DNA of 64,000 nt from Candidatus Limnocylindria bacterium (GTDB lineage Bacteria > Chloroflexota > Limnocylindria > QHBO01), in contig DATBIW010000090.1 of the NCBI GenBank assembly GCA_036556745.1, forward strand, positions 1,594 to 65,593. The letters run 5' to 3'. This document shows, one piece after another, positions 15,263-23,744 of this stretch. The notes under the pieces are model-generated. The model had not been told where the DNA came from, ran no database searches, and saw nothing but the letters and a program-made list of their open reading frames with translations. Made by a program: the position numbers and the translations under genes. Within the stretch, counting starts at the first letter, position 1, and the number at the start of each line of letters is the position of its first letter.

Positions 15263-16265
15263 CCCGGCGGCGGCCGTCCCGGACCGGTTCGAGACCGCCG
15301 TCGATCGCTTCATCGCCCACCTGGCGACTCGCAACGCGTCGCCCGGCACCCTCGTCGAGTACCGGCGACAGGTCTCCGAGTTCGGGGCGTTCGTCAATGG
15401 CCGCCGGGGCGACTGGCGGAGCCCCGACCGAGCGACGGTGCGTGCCTGGCTGGCGACGCTGGCCGAGCGCGACCTGTCGGCCTCGGCCGTCGGGGCGCGG
15501 CTCAGCGCGGTGCGCAGCTTCTACCGATTCGCGATCCGCCAGGGCTGGATCGAGTCCGATCCGCTGGCCGGCGTCCGCTCGCCCCGGCGCCCGGCGCGGC
15601 TGCCCCGCGTCCTGAGCGTCGAGGAGGCGTCCCGCCTCGTCGAGGCGCCCGGCAAGTGGACTGGCGGCGGGATGCCGACCTCGCAGCCGGGCGGGCCGCG
15701 CCGAGTCTCGACCCCGGAGATCGGCGACGCCCTGCGGCGCCGGGACGCGGCGATCCTCGAGCTGCTGTACGCGACTGGGATGCGGATCAGCGAGCTCGCC
15801 GGCCTGCGCCTGGCCGATGTCGACCTCGGCCGCCGCCGGCTCCGCGTCCTGGGCAAGGGCCGAAAGGAGCGGGACCTGCTCTTCGGTCGCCCGGCGGCCA
15901 CCGCCCTCGGGGCGTGGCTGAGCGTCGGCCGGCCCATCCTTCTCGCCCGCGACCGCCACGCGACGTCCGGCGCGGACGCGGTCTTCCTGAATGCCCGGGG
16001 CGGGGCCCTGACCGCCCGCGGCGCGCGCCTCGTGGTCGACCGCTGGGTGCAGGCCACCGACCTCGGCGGCCGGACCTCGCCCCACACCCTCCGCCATTCG
16101 TTTGCCACCCATCTCCTCGAGGGCGGCGCAGACCTGCGCACCGTCCAGGAGCTCCTCGGCCACGCCTCGGCCCAGACGACGCAGGTCTACACCCACCTGT
16201 CCGACGCCGCGCTCCGCTCGGCGTATCGGTCCGCCCACCCCCGGTCGTCCCGCACCCGGACATGA
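15255..16265 (+). CDS. xerC: Tyrosine recombinase XerC-type
   Basis: ILELLYATGMRISEL, HTLRHSFATHLLEGGADLRTVQELLGHASAQTTQVYTHL supply the R-H-R-Y catalytic set. The start is uncertain: GTG 15255 overlaps the topA stop by 8 nt, and ATG 15186 is also possible. Confidence 0.8.
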   Translation: MPDPAAAVPDRFETAVDRFIAHLATRNASPGTLVEYRRQVSEFGAFVNGRRGDWRSPDRATVRAWLATLAERDLSASAVGARLSAVRSFYRFAIRQGWIESDPLAGVRSPRRPARLPRVLSVEEASRLVEAPGKWTGGGMPTSQPGGPRRVSTPEIGDALRRRDAAILELLYATGMRISELAGLRLADVDLGRRRLRVLGKGRKERDLLFGRPAATALGAWLSVGRPILLARDRHATSGADAVFLNARGGALTARGARLVVDRWVQATDLGGRTSPHTLRHSFATHLLEGGADLRTVQELLGHASAQTTQVYTHLSDAALRSAYRSAHPRSSRTRT

Positions 16266-17839
16266 CGAGCGCCCGCGCGCCGGAGCTCCCGTCGGCGGCC
16301 GGGGTCCTGGTCCGGGCCGGCCTGGTCATGACGGTGGCCGCGGTCGCCAGCCGGATCCTCGGCTGGATCCGGCTCCTGGTCATCGGCGCCCAGTTCGGCG
16401 CGTCGAGCGAGCTCGACGCGTACCTCGCCGCCTTCAGGGTTCCAGACGCCATCTTCCAGCTCGTCGTGGCCGGCGCCCTGTCGGCGGCCCTGATCCCGGT
16501 CTACGCCGGCTATCGGGCCCGTGGCGAGGAGGCCGAGGGCTGGGCCCTGGCCAGCAGCGTCATCAACCTGGTCGTCCTCGGCCTGGCCGCCCTGTCGGCC
16601 GTCATGGCCCTCCTCGCGCCGTGGCTGGTGCCGCTCATCGCGCCTGGCTTCGACGCCGAGACGACGGCGCTGACCGTGAAGCTGACCCAGATCATGCTGC
16701 TGAGCCCGGTGTTCATCGGCCTGGGGGCGGTGCTCAGCGGGCTGCTCCAGGCCCACGGCAGGTTCGGACCGACAGCCGTCGCGCCACTCGTCTACAACCT
16801 CGCGATCATCGCCGCCGCGATCTTCCTGGCGCCGACCCTCGGGGTCGAGGCGCTCGCCGCCGGGGTCGTGGTCGGCGCGATCGGGCACCTCCTCATCCAG
16901 GTCCCCGCGCTGCGACGCCTCGACCCGGCGTGGCGGCCGCGGATCGACCTCCGGAACCGGGGCGTCCGCCGGGTGGGCCTCCTGATGGGACCGCGCTTCC
17001 TGGGCGTGGCCGCCGGCCAGGTGAACCTCATCGTCAGCACGGCCCTGGCGTCGGGGCTGGCGGCCGGCAGCGTGACCGCGTTCACCTACGCGTTTCAGCT
17101 GAGCCAGCTGCCGGTCGGGATCATCGGCGTTTCGCTGGCGGTGGCCCTGTTCCCGACGCTGTCCCGGGAGGCCGCCCTCGGCCGCGCCTCGGAGATCCGC
17201 CGGCACGTCAACGCCAGCATCCGGGTCCTCTACTTCGTGTCGGCCCCGCTCGCGGTCCTGATGATCGTCCTCCGCGAGCCGCTCGCCTCGGTCTTCTTCG
17301 AGTACGGGCTGTTCAGCGCCGAGTCAGCCGAGCGAACCGCGTCGGCGCTCGCCTGGTTCGCGATCGGCGTCCCGGCCCACGTCGTCGTCCACATCCTGGC
17401 CCGCGCGTTCTACGCCATGCAGGACACGACGACCCCGGTCGCCTGGGCGGTCGTGGCCGTGGTCGTGAACATCGCCCTGATGTTGATCCTGGTCGACCCG
17501 TACGGGGTCGAGGGTCTCGCCCTGGCCCTCTCGGTGAGCGCCACGGTCGAGGTGGTGGGCCTCCTGATCGCCCTGCGCCGGCGGCTGGGCCGGCTCGACG
17601 GACGGCTCCTCCTCTCGTCGGTGGGCCGATCCAGCGCGGCCGCCCTCATCGCCGGCGCGGTCATGCTCGCCTCGCTGGCCGCGCTCGGCACGGCGGCGCC
17701 CGATCTCGGCGAGGGCGCCATCGGGCGGCTCGTCATCCTCCTCGCCCCGGCCGGCGCCGGCGCGGCCGCGTACCTGCTGGCCGCCCTCGTCCTGCGGGCC
17801 CCCGAGCTCGACGTGCTGCGCCGTCTCGTGCGCCGCTGA
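16262..17839 (+). CDS. murJ: Lipid II flippase MurJ
   Basis: SRILGWIRLLVIGAQFGASSELDAYLAAFRVPDAIFQLVVAGALSAALIPV is the MurJ/MviN N-terminal signature, and there are about 14 TM segments. ATG 16262 overlaps the xerC TGA (ATGA). Confidence 0.9.
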   Translation: MTSARAPELPSAAGVLVRAGLVMTVAAVASRILGWIRLLVIGAQFGASSELDAYLAAFRVPDAIFQLVVAGALSAALIPVYAGYRARGEEAEGWALASSVINLVVLGLAALSAVMALLAPWLVPLIAPGFDAETTALTVKLTQIMLLSPVFIGLGAVLSGLLQAHGRFGPTAVAPLVYNLAIIAAAIFLAPTLGVEALAAGVVVGAIGHLLIQVPALRRLDPAWRPRIDLRNRGVRRVGLLMGPRFLGVAAGQVNLIVSTALASGLAAGSVTAFTYAFQLSQLPVGIIGVSLAVALFPTLSREAALGRASEIRRHVNASIRVLYFVSAPLAVLMIVLREPLASVFFEYGLFSAESAERTASALAWFAIGVPAHVVVHILARAFYAMQDTTTPVAWAVVAVVVNIALMLILVDPYGVEGLALALSVSATVEVVGLLIALRRRLGRLDGRLLLSSVGRSSAAALIAGAVMLASLAALGTAAPDLGEGAIGRLVILLAPAGAGAAAYLLAALVLRAPELDVLRRLVRR

Positions 17840-18894
17840 TGGCGTTCCGCGCGGCGGTGGAGGGCGACCGGGCGGCGTGGCAGGACCTGCTCGGCCGCGT
17901 TCAGTCCGGGGACTTCCTCCACGACTGGGAATGGGACGCGGTCGCGTCGTTCGACGGCCAGCCCCAGCGGCGCTTCGTGGTCGAGGAGGACGGCGCCCTG
18001 GTCGCGCTGGCCGCGGCCCAGGTCCGCCCGATCGGGATGGGCCGGACCTTCTGGTACGTGCCCCACGGCCCGGTGACCGACTATCTCGCCGCCTCGGCCG
18101 CTGATCGGATCCGTGAGCTCGTCGAAGGCCTCGTGACCGAGGCGCGCGCGGATCGCGCGGTCGCCATCAGGCTCGAGCCTCGGGTCGAGACCGGAGCCCC
18201 TGAGGCGGCGGCCCTCGACGCGGTCGCCCACCGGGTGGCCGAGCGGCTCCAGGTCGGCCAGACCCGGATCGTCGACCTCGGGACGGAGGAGACGCTCCTG
18301 GCGGGATTCGACGCGGACACCCGCTACGGCGTGCGCCGGGCTGCCCGCGACGGGGTGACGACCGATGTCCTGGCCGATCCCGGTGACCGGGCGGCGATCG
18401 AGCGGCTCCACGAGCTCGTCCAGGCCACCCAGCGCCGAGCGGGCTTCAAGCTGCCGCCGCTGGAGCGCTACTGGACCGCCTGGCAGGCGCTCGCCGGCGC
18501 CGGCAGCGCCTGCCTGGTCGAAGCGCGACGACACGGGGAGGTGCTGGCCAGCGGGATGCTCGTCGTCGAGGGCGAGCAGTCGTTCTACCTGTTCGCCGGG
18601 TCGCGGCGCGAGGCGGCGGGGGAGCCGAAGCACTACGCCTCGTACGCCGCCCAATGGGCCATGATGGACGAGGCCCGGGCCCGCGGGGCGCTCCGCCACG
18701 ACCTGTGGGGCGTGGCGCCGGCCACCGCCGGCCCCGAGCACCCCTGGCACGGCGTCGGACTCTTCAAGAAGGGCTTCGGAGGTCGCGAGGTGACCTGGGC
18801 GGGGAGCTGGGAGATCGTCATCGACCCCCTCGTCTACCGGCTCCGCTCGGCCGCCGCGCGGCTCCGCCGCCGGACCCCGCGCGACCAGCCATGA
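17839..18894 (+). CDS. FemAB-family (FemX-like) peptidoglycan aminoacyl/peptidyl transferase, copy 1
   Basis: FLHDWEWD...FWYVPHGPV...TRYGVRRA...FYLFAGS...YAAQWAMMDEARARG...DLWGV...GVGLFKKGFGG fits the FemX pattern. It lacks the coiled-coil insert of FemA/B. The ATG shares 1 nt with the murJ TGA. Confidence 0.8.
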   Translation: MAFRAAVEGDRAAWQDLLGRVQSGDFLHDWEWDAVASFDGQPQRRFVVEEDGALVALAAAQVRPIGMGRTFWYVPHGPVTDYLAASAADRIRELVEGLVTEARADRAVAIRLEPRVETGAPEAAALDAVAHRVAERLQVGQTRIVDLGTEETLLAGFDADTRYGVRRAARDGVTTDVLADPGDRAAIERLHELVQATQRRAGFKLPPLERYWTAWQALAGAGSACLVEARRHGEVLASGMLVVEGEQSFYLFAGSRREAAGEPKHYASYAAQWAMMDEARARGALRHDLWGVAPATAGPEHPWHGVGLFKKGFGGREVTWAGSWEIVIDPLVYRLRSAAARLRRRTPRDQP

Positions 18895-20396
18895 CCGATC
18901 GCCAGATGGGTCTGGGCGCCCTGGCCGATGCCGTCGCCCCGGATCGGGTCATCGGCCTGCCGGCCGGCGAGGTCACCGGGCTGACCATCCACAGCGGCGA
19001 GGTGACGGGAGGTTCCGTCTTCTTCGCGATCCCGGGCCAGCACCATGACGGGTGGGACTACGTCCCCGAGGCCGTCGGACGGGGAGCGCTGGCAATCGTC
19101 GCCGAGCGCGAGACGCCGGGCCTGGCGGTTCCCCAGCTGATCGTGGCCGACGCCCGCCACGCGGTGGCCGACGCGGCGGATGCCTGGTTCGGCCGCCCGT
19201 CCGAGCAGCTCCGGGTCTACGGCATCACCGGGACCGACGGGAAGTCGACGACCGCCTTCCTGGCGCTCGCCATCCTGCTGGCCTCCGGTCGGCGACCCGG
19301 CCTGGTCGGGACGGTCGACACCCGGATCGGCGAGGCCCAGGCCGCCTCGACCAGCCGGACGACGACACCCGAGGCAATCGAGCTCCAGGGGTACCTCGCC
19401 GAGATGGTCGCGGCGGGCAACGACTGTGCGGTCATCGAGGCCACCTCGCACGGCCTCGCCCAGTCGAGGGTCCGCAACTGCCGGTTCCGGGTCGGCGTGG
19501 TCACGACCATCACGAGCGAGCACCTCGAGTTCCACGGGACGCTGGAGGCGTACCGGGAGGCGAAGGCGATCCTCGTCGAGGAGGCTCCGGTCGCGATCCT
19601 GAACGCGGATGACGAGAACCTCGAGTTCCTCCGGTCGCGGGCGGCCGGCACGGTCCTGACCTACGGGATCGACGCGGAGGCCGACCTGCGGGCGAGCGCC
19701 GTCGACCTCGGCCCGCACGGGTCGCGCTTCCACGTCACCGGGCCGCGCTGGGAAGGCCCGGTCTCGCTGCGCCTCCCGGCGCGCTTCAACGTGGCCAACG
19801 CGCTCGCGGCGCTCGCCCTGGCCGAAGCCGAGGAGCTGGACCCCGAGATGGCCGCCGCCGCCCTGGCCGACGTTCCGGGCGTGCCGGGGCGGATGGAGCG
19901 GATCGACGCCGGACAGCCGTTCGGGGTGATCGTGGACTACGCCCATACGGCCGACTCCCTGGCCAAGGTCCTCCGCGAGCTCCGGCCGCTCACGGCCGGG
20001 CGCCTGATCGCGGTCTTCGGCTCGGCCGGCGATCGCGACCGGACGAAGCGGGCCCCGATGGGGCGAGCAGCCGCCGAGCTGGCCGACCTCGTGGTCGTCA
20101 CCGACGAGGATCCCCGGACCGAGCTCCCGTGGGAGATCAACGAGGAGATCGCGGCCGGTGCCCGGTCGGGCGGGGCCGTGGACCGCGAGACGCTGTGGAT
20201 CATCGACGACCGGCGGGCGGCGATCGCCCACGCCCTTGCCCTGGCCGAGCCCGGCGACATGGTCCTCCTGGCCGGCAAGGGTCACGAGCCGAGCATCATC
20301 TACGGGGACGACCGCCGCTGGTGGGACGAGCGCGAGGTGGCGCGCCAGGAGCTCCGCGCCATCGGCTTCGAGACCAATGGCCCACCGACCGCCTGA
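18891..20396 (+). CDS. murE: UDP-N-acetylmuramoyl-tripeptide synthetase MurE
   Basis: YGITGTDGKSTTAF (P-loop), AVIEATSHGL and IVDYAHT are present, along with FGSAGDRDRTKR. The specificity region reads VVVTDEDPRTE. ATG 18891 overlaps the femX TGA (ATGA). Confidence 0.9.
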   Translation: MTDRQMGLGALADAVAPDRVIGLPAGEVTGLTIHSGEVTGGSVFFAIPGQHHDGWDYVPEAVGRGALAIVAERETPGLAVPQLIVADARHAVADAADAWFGRPSEQLRVYGITGTDGKSTTAFLALAILLASGRRPGLVGTVDTRIGEAQAASTSRTTTPEAIELQGYLAEMVAAGNDCAVIEATSHGLAQSRVRNCRFRVGVVTTITSEHLEFHGTLEAYREAKAILVEEAPVAILNADDENLEFLRSRAAGTVLTYGIDAEADLRASAVDLGPHGSRFHVTGPRWEGPVSLRLPARFNVANALAALALAEAEELDPEMAAAALADVPGVPGRMERIDAGQPFGVIVDYAHTADSLAKVLRELRPLTAGRLIAVFGSAGDRDRTKRAPMGRAAAELADLVVVTDEDPRTELPWEINEEIAAGARSGGAVDRETLWIIDDRRAAIAHALALAEPGDMVLLAGKGHEPSIIYGDDRRWWDEREVARQELRAIGFETNGPPTA

Positions 20397-21468
20397 GCCG
20401 GGCCGGCTGACGGCCTGGTCGGTGACCGATGCGTCCACCTGGGACGCCTTCGTCGAGTCCGCCGACCATCGCGCATTCCCGCAGCTGTGGGCCTGGGGCG
20501 AGCTCCGGGCCCAGGCCGGCTGGCGGGCGATTCGCCTCGCGGTCGGGGAGGCACCGGGCGCGCCGCGGGCCGGCGTCCAGCTCCTCCTGCGCCGGGTGCC
20601 GCTGGGCGGATGGTCGCTGGGTTACGCGCCGCGGGGCCCGGTCGGGAAGCTGGACGATGCCGAGGTCCGTGAGGCGCTCGTCGCCGGGCTCCGCGCGCTC
20701 GCGACCGAGGAGCGGATCGGGCGCGTCCGGGCCGATCCCGAGACGACCGCCGACGAGCCGTACGGGGCCGCCCTGCTCGAATCGCCGTGGCGCGCCGCCC
20801 CGAAGGTCCAGCCCCCGACGACCCGGGTCATCGACCTGGCTCGCCCCCACGATGAGCTGTGGTCCGACCTCGCCCGCAAGCATCGCCAGTACGTCTCGAA
20901 GGCCGGCCGCGAGGGCGTCACGATCGAGCAGCTCGAGCCGGGAGCCGATCCGGCGACCACGGCGGGGGCGCTGGCCGACTTCGACCGGATCTACCGCCAG
21001 ACCGGCGCTCGGGCCGGGTTCGCCGTCCGGATTCCCGACTACTACGAGCGGCTGTGGGCCACGTTCGGCGCGGCCCGCCGGGCGCGGCTGTTCTTCGCCG
21101 CCCGCGACGGTGAGAGGCTGGCGGTCCTGTTCCACCTCGTCTGCGGGGACCGGGTCGCCGAGGTGTACGGCGGGATGACCGAGGCGGGCGCCGCCTCGCG
21201 CGCAAACTACCTCCTGAAGTGGGAGGCGATCCGCGCCCTCCAGGCCGAGGGCCTGCGTACCTACGACCTGTGGGGCCTGGCGACCGGCGGCATCCGGAAG
21301 TTCAAGGAGGGATTCGGGGGCACCGAGCTCACGTGGATCGGCGCCCGTGACCTCCCGCTCGATCGCTTCGGAGACTCGGTGATCGGCCTGGCCCTCGCCG
21401 GCCACGGCTTCCGGCAGCGGATCCGCCATCCGCGCGCGGGGTCGACCGCCCAGACCGCCTCCGACTGA
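20377..21468 (+). CDS. FemAB-family (FemX-like) transferase, copy 2
   Basis: FPQLWAWGELR...GYAPRGPV...HRQYVSKA...LFFAA...YLLKWEAIRALQAEG...DLWGL...GIRKFKEGFGG is paralogous to copy 1. ATG 20377 overlaps the murE 3' end by 20 nt. Confidence 0.8.
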   Translation: MAHRPPEPGRLTAWSVTDASTWDAFVESADHRAFPQLWAWGELRAQAGWRAIRLAVGEAPGAPRAGVQLLLRRVPLGGWSLGYAPRGPVGKLDDAEVREALVAGLRALATEERIGRVRADPETTADEPYGAALLESPWRAAPKVQPPTTRVIDLARPHDELWSDLARKHRQYVSKAGREGVTIEQLEPGADPATTAGALADFDRIYRQTGARAGFAVRIPDYYERLWATFGAARRARLFFAARDGERLAVLFHLVCGDRVAEVYGGMTEAGAASRANYLLKWEAIRALQAEGLRTYDLWGLATGGIRKFKEGFGGTELTWIGARDLPLDRFGDSVIGLALAGHGFRQRIRHPRAGSTAQTASD

Positions 21469-21481
21469 CCAGCGGCCGATC

Positions 21482-21496
21482 GGCTCCGGGGGAGCC
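21482..21496 (+). terminator. Hairpin ggctcc-ggg-ggagcc after femX copy 2
   Basis: It has a 6-bp GC-rich stem and 3-nt loop, lies 13 nt after the stop, and has no U-tract. Confidence 0.25.
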
Positions 21497-21508
21497 GGCG
21501 GAGGGCCG

Positions 21509-21517
21509 TGCTACGAT
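21509..21517 (+). promoter_or_regulatory. Candidate extended -10 TGcTACGAT, 10 nt upstream of relA ATG 21528
   Basis: It has the same TGc-TAC..T architecture as the site upstream of topA. Confidence 0.4.
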
Positions 21518-21527
21518 CGAATCGACC

Positions 21528-23744
21528 ATGGACCTGGCCCGCCTCCGCGCCGCGCCGGCCGCCGTCCGTCAGCGCATCACGCGGGCCGGCGAGCCATCGG
21601 CCCTGCCCGGCCCGGAGCTGGCGGACCTCATCGCGGAGGCGCGGCGCCATCGACCCACGATCAACGTGGCCCTCATCGAGCGCGCCCACGAGGTCGCCGA
21701 CACCGCCCACCAGGGCCAGCTGCGGGCCTCCGGCGAGCCGTACATCACCCACCCGACGGCGGTCGCCTTCGAGCTGGCGACGCTCCAGATGGACGCCGAG
21801 ACGCTCGCCGCCGGGCTCCTCCATGACGTCCCCGAGGACACGGCGTACCCGATCGCCGACATCGAAAAGCGGTTCGGCCGCGAGGTGGCGCGCCTGGTGG
21901 ACGGCGTCACCAAGCTCAGCAAGTTCAGCAGCGCCCGGTCCACCGAGGAGCAGCAGGCCGAGAACATCCGGAAGATGTTCATGGCCATGGCCGAGGACGC
22001 CCGGGTCGTGATCATCAAGCTCGCCGACCGGCTCCACAACATGCGGACCCTCGAATACCTCCCGCCAGAGAAGCAGGAGCGGATCGCGCGTCAGACGATG
22101 GAGATCTACGCGCCGCTCGCCCATCGACTCGGGATGTGGCAGATCAAGTGGGAGCTCGAGGACCTCGCGTTCAAGGTGCTCGACCCAGACACCTACGGCC
22201 GGCTGGGCGGCCTCCTCGCCGACAGTCGCCGCGCGCGCGAGACGTTCATCAACCGCTCGATCGGCATCCTCCGCAAGGAGCTCGGGAAGGTCGGGATCGA
22301 TGCCGAGATCAGCGGCCGGCCGAAGCACATCTACTCGATCGTCAAGAAGATGGAGCGCAAGGGGGCCGAGTTCCACGAGATCTACGACCTCCATGCCATC
22401 CGCGTCCTGGTGGACGATGTCAAGGACTGCTACGGCGCCCTGGGCGTCGTCCATTCCATCTGGCGGCCGATCCCGGGCCAGTTCGACGACTACATCGCCA
22501 TGCCCAAGGCCAACCTCTACCAGTCGCTCCACACCGCGGTCATCGGTCCGGACGCGAAGCCGCTCGAGGTCCAGATCCGGACCCGGCAGATGCACGAGGT
22601 CGCCGAGGCGGGGATCGCCGCCCACTGGCGCTACAAGGAGGGCAGCCGGGCCGACCGCCGGTACGACGAGAAGCTGGCCTGGGTCCGCCAGCTCATGGAC
22701 TGGCAGCGCGAGGTCGCCGACGCCACCGAGTTCGTCGAGGGCCTGAAGCTCGACGTTTTCCAGGACCAGGTGTTCGTGTTCACCCCGAAGGGCGACGTCA
22801 AGGATCTGCCCGCCGGCGCCACCCCGCTCGACTTCGCCTACCGGATCCATACCGATGTCGGCCACCGCACGATCGGCGCCAAGGCGAACAACCGGCTCGT
22901 TCCCCTGGACTACCGCCTGCGCAACGGGGACATCGTCGAGATCGTGACAACCAAGGCCTCCCACGGCCCGTCACGCGACTGGCTGGCCATCGTCCAGACC
23001 AACCAGGCGCGCGAGAAGATCCGGGCCTGGTTCAAGCGCCAGCAGCGCGACGAGAACATCGCCCAGGGCCGGGAGCTCCTCGACCGCGAGCTCCGCCGGC
23101 TGGCCCACGAGACGCTGGCCTCGGTGGACACCGCGCGCCTGACCGAGATCGCGACCCAGCTCCACTTCCGCGAGCTCGACGACTTCTACGCCGCCATCGG
23201 CTACGGCGCGATCGGCTCGGCGGCGGTCGTCAGCCGGCTCGGCATCCACGACGACGTCGAGATCTCGCTGCCCGAGGTCGCCCCCCCGGCGGCGCCCTCC
23301 GCCGCCGGCGTGCGGGTCAAGGGCGTCGGCGACCTCCTCGTCCGGTTCGCGAACTGCTGCAGCCCGATTCCCGGCGACGACATCCTCGGCTACGTCACGC
23401 GGGGCAAGGGCGTGACCGTCCACCGGGCGACCTGTCCCTCGGTCCTCTCCGAGAAGGACATCGAGCGCCTGATCGAGGTCGAGTGGGAGGTCGTGGCCCA
23501 GCAGACCTACCCGATCACCGTCCGGATCGAGGGCATCGACCGGCCGGGGCTCCTGAACGACATCACGAACGTCGTCGCCGAGGCCAAGGTGAACATCGTC
23601 GCCGCCTCGGTCGTCACTCACCCCGACGGGATGGCGACCCTGACCTGCACCCTCAAGGTCACCTCCCTCCAGCAGCTGTCCAAGGTTCTCGCCCGGATCG
23701 AGGGCGTCCGCGACGTCACCGCCGTCACCCGGGAGCAGCACTGA
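21528..23744 (+). CDS. relA: Bifunctional (p)ppGpp synthetase/hydrolase RelA/SpoT homologue
   Basis: Domains seen: HD hydrolase (HPTAVA...HDVPEDT...DRLHNMRTL), synthetase (GRPKHIYSIVKKM...DLHAIRV), TGS (VFVFTPKGDVKDLP) and C-terminal ACT-like. Confidence 0.95.
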   Translation: MDLARLRAAPAAVRQRITRAGEPSALPGPELADLIAEARRHRPTINVALIERAHEVADTAHQGQLRASGEPYITHPTAVAFELATLQMDAETLAAGLLHDVPEDTAYPIADIEKRFGREVARLVDGVTKLSKFSSARSTEEQQAENIRKMFMAMAEDARVVIIKLADRLHNMRTLEYLPPEKQERIARQTMEIYAPLAHRLGMWQIKWELEDLAFKVLDPDTYGRLGGLLADSRRARETFINRSIGILRKELGKVGIDAEISGRPKHIYSIVKKMERKGAEFHEIYDLHAIRVLVDDVKDCYGALGVVHSIWRPIPGQFDDYIAMPKANLYQSLHTAVIGPDAKPLEVQIRTRQMHEVAEAGIAAHWRYKEGSRADRRYDEKLAWVRQLMDWQREVADATEFVEGLKLDVFQDQVFVFTPKGDVKDLPAGATPLDFAYRIHTDVGHRTIGAKANNRLVPLDYRLRNGDIVEIVTTKASHGPSRDWLAIVQTNQAREKIRAWFKRQQRDENIAQGRELLDRELRRLAHETLASVDTARLTEIATQLHFRELDDFYAAIGYGAIGSAAVVSRLGIHDDVEISLPEVAPPAAPSAAGVRVKGVGDLLVRFANCCSPIPGDDILGYVTRGKGVTVHRATCPSVLSEKDIERLIEVEWEVVAQQTYPITVRIEGIDRPGLLNDITNVVAEAKVNIVAASVVTHPDGMATLTCTLKVTSLQQLSKVLARIEGVRDVTAVTREQH

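Noticed and set aside
15255-16265. Two tyrosine recombinase genes (also 43742-44638), considered as possible integrases marking a mobile element or prophage.
   Set aside because: Both have XerC/XerD-type sequence (ELLYA.G.R.SEL, LGH....TT..YTH) and sit in housekeeping operons. No flanking direct repeats, tRNA genes, phage genes or transposases are present.
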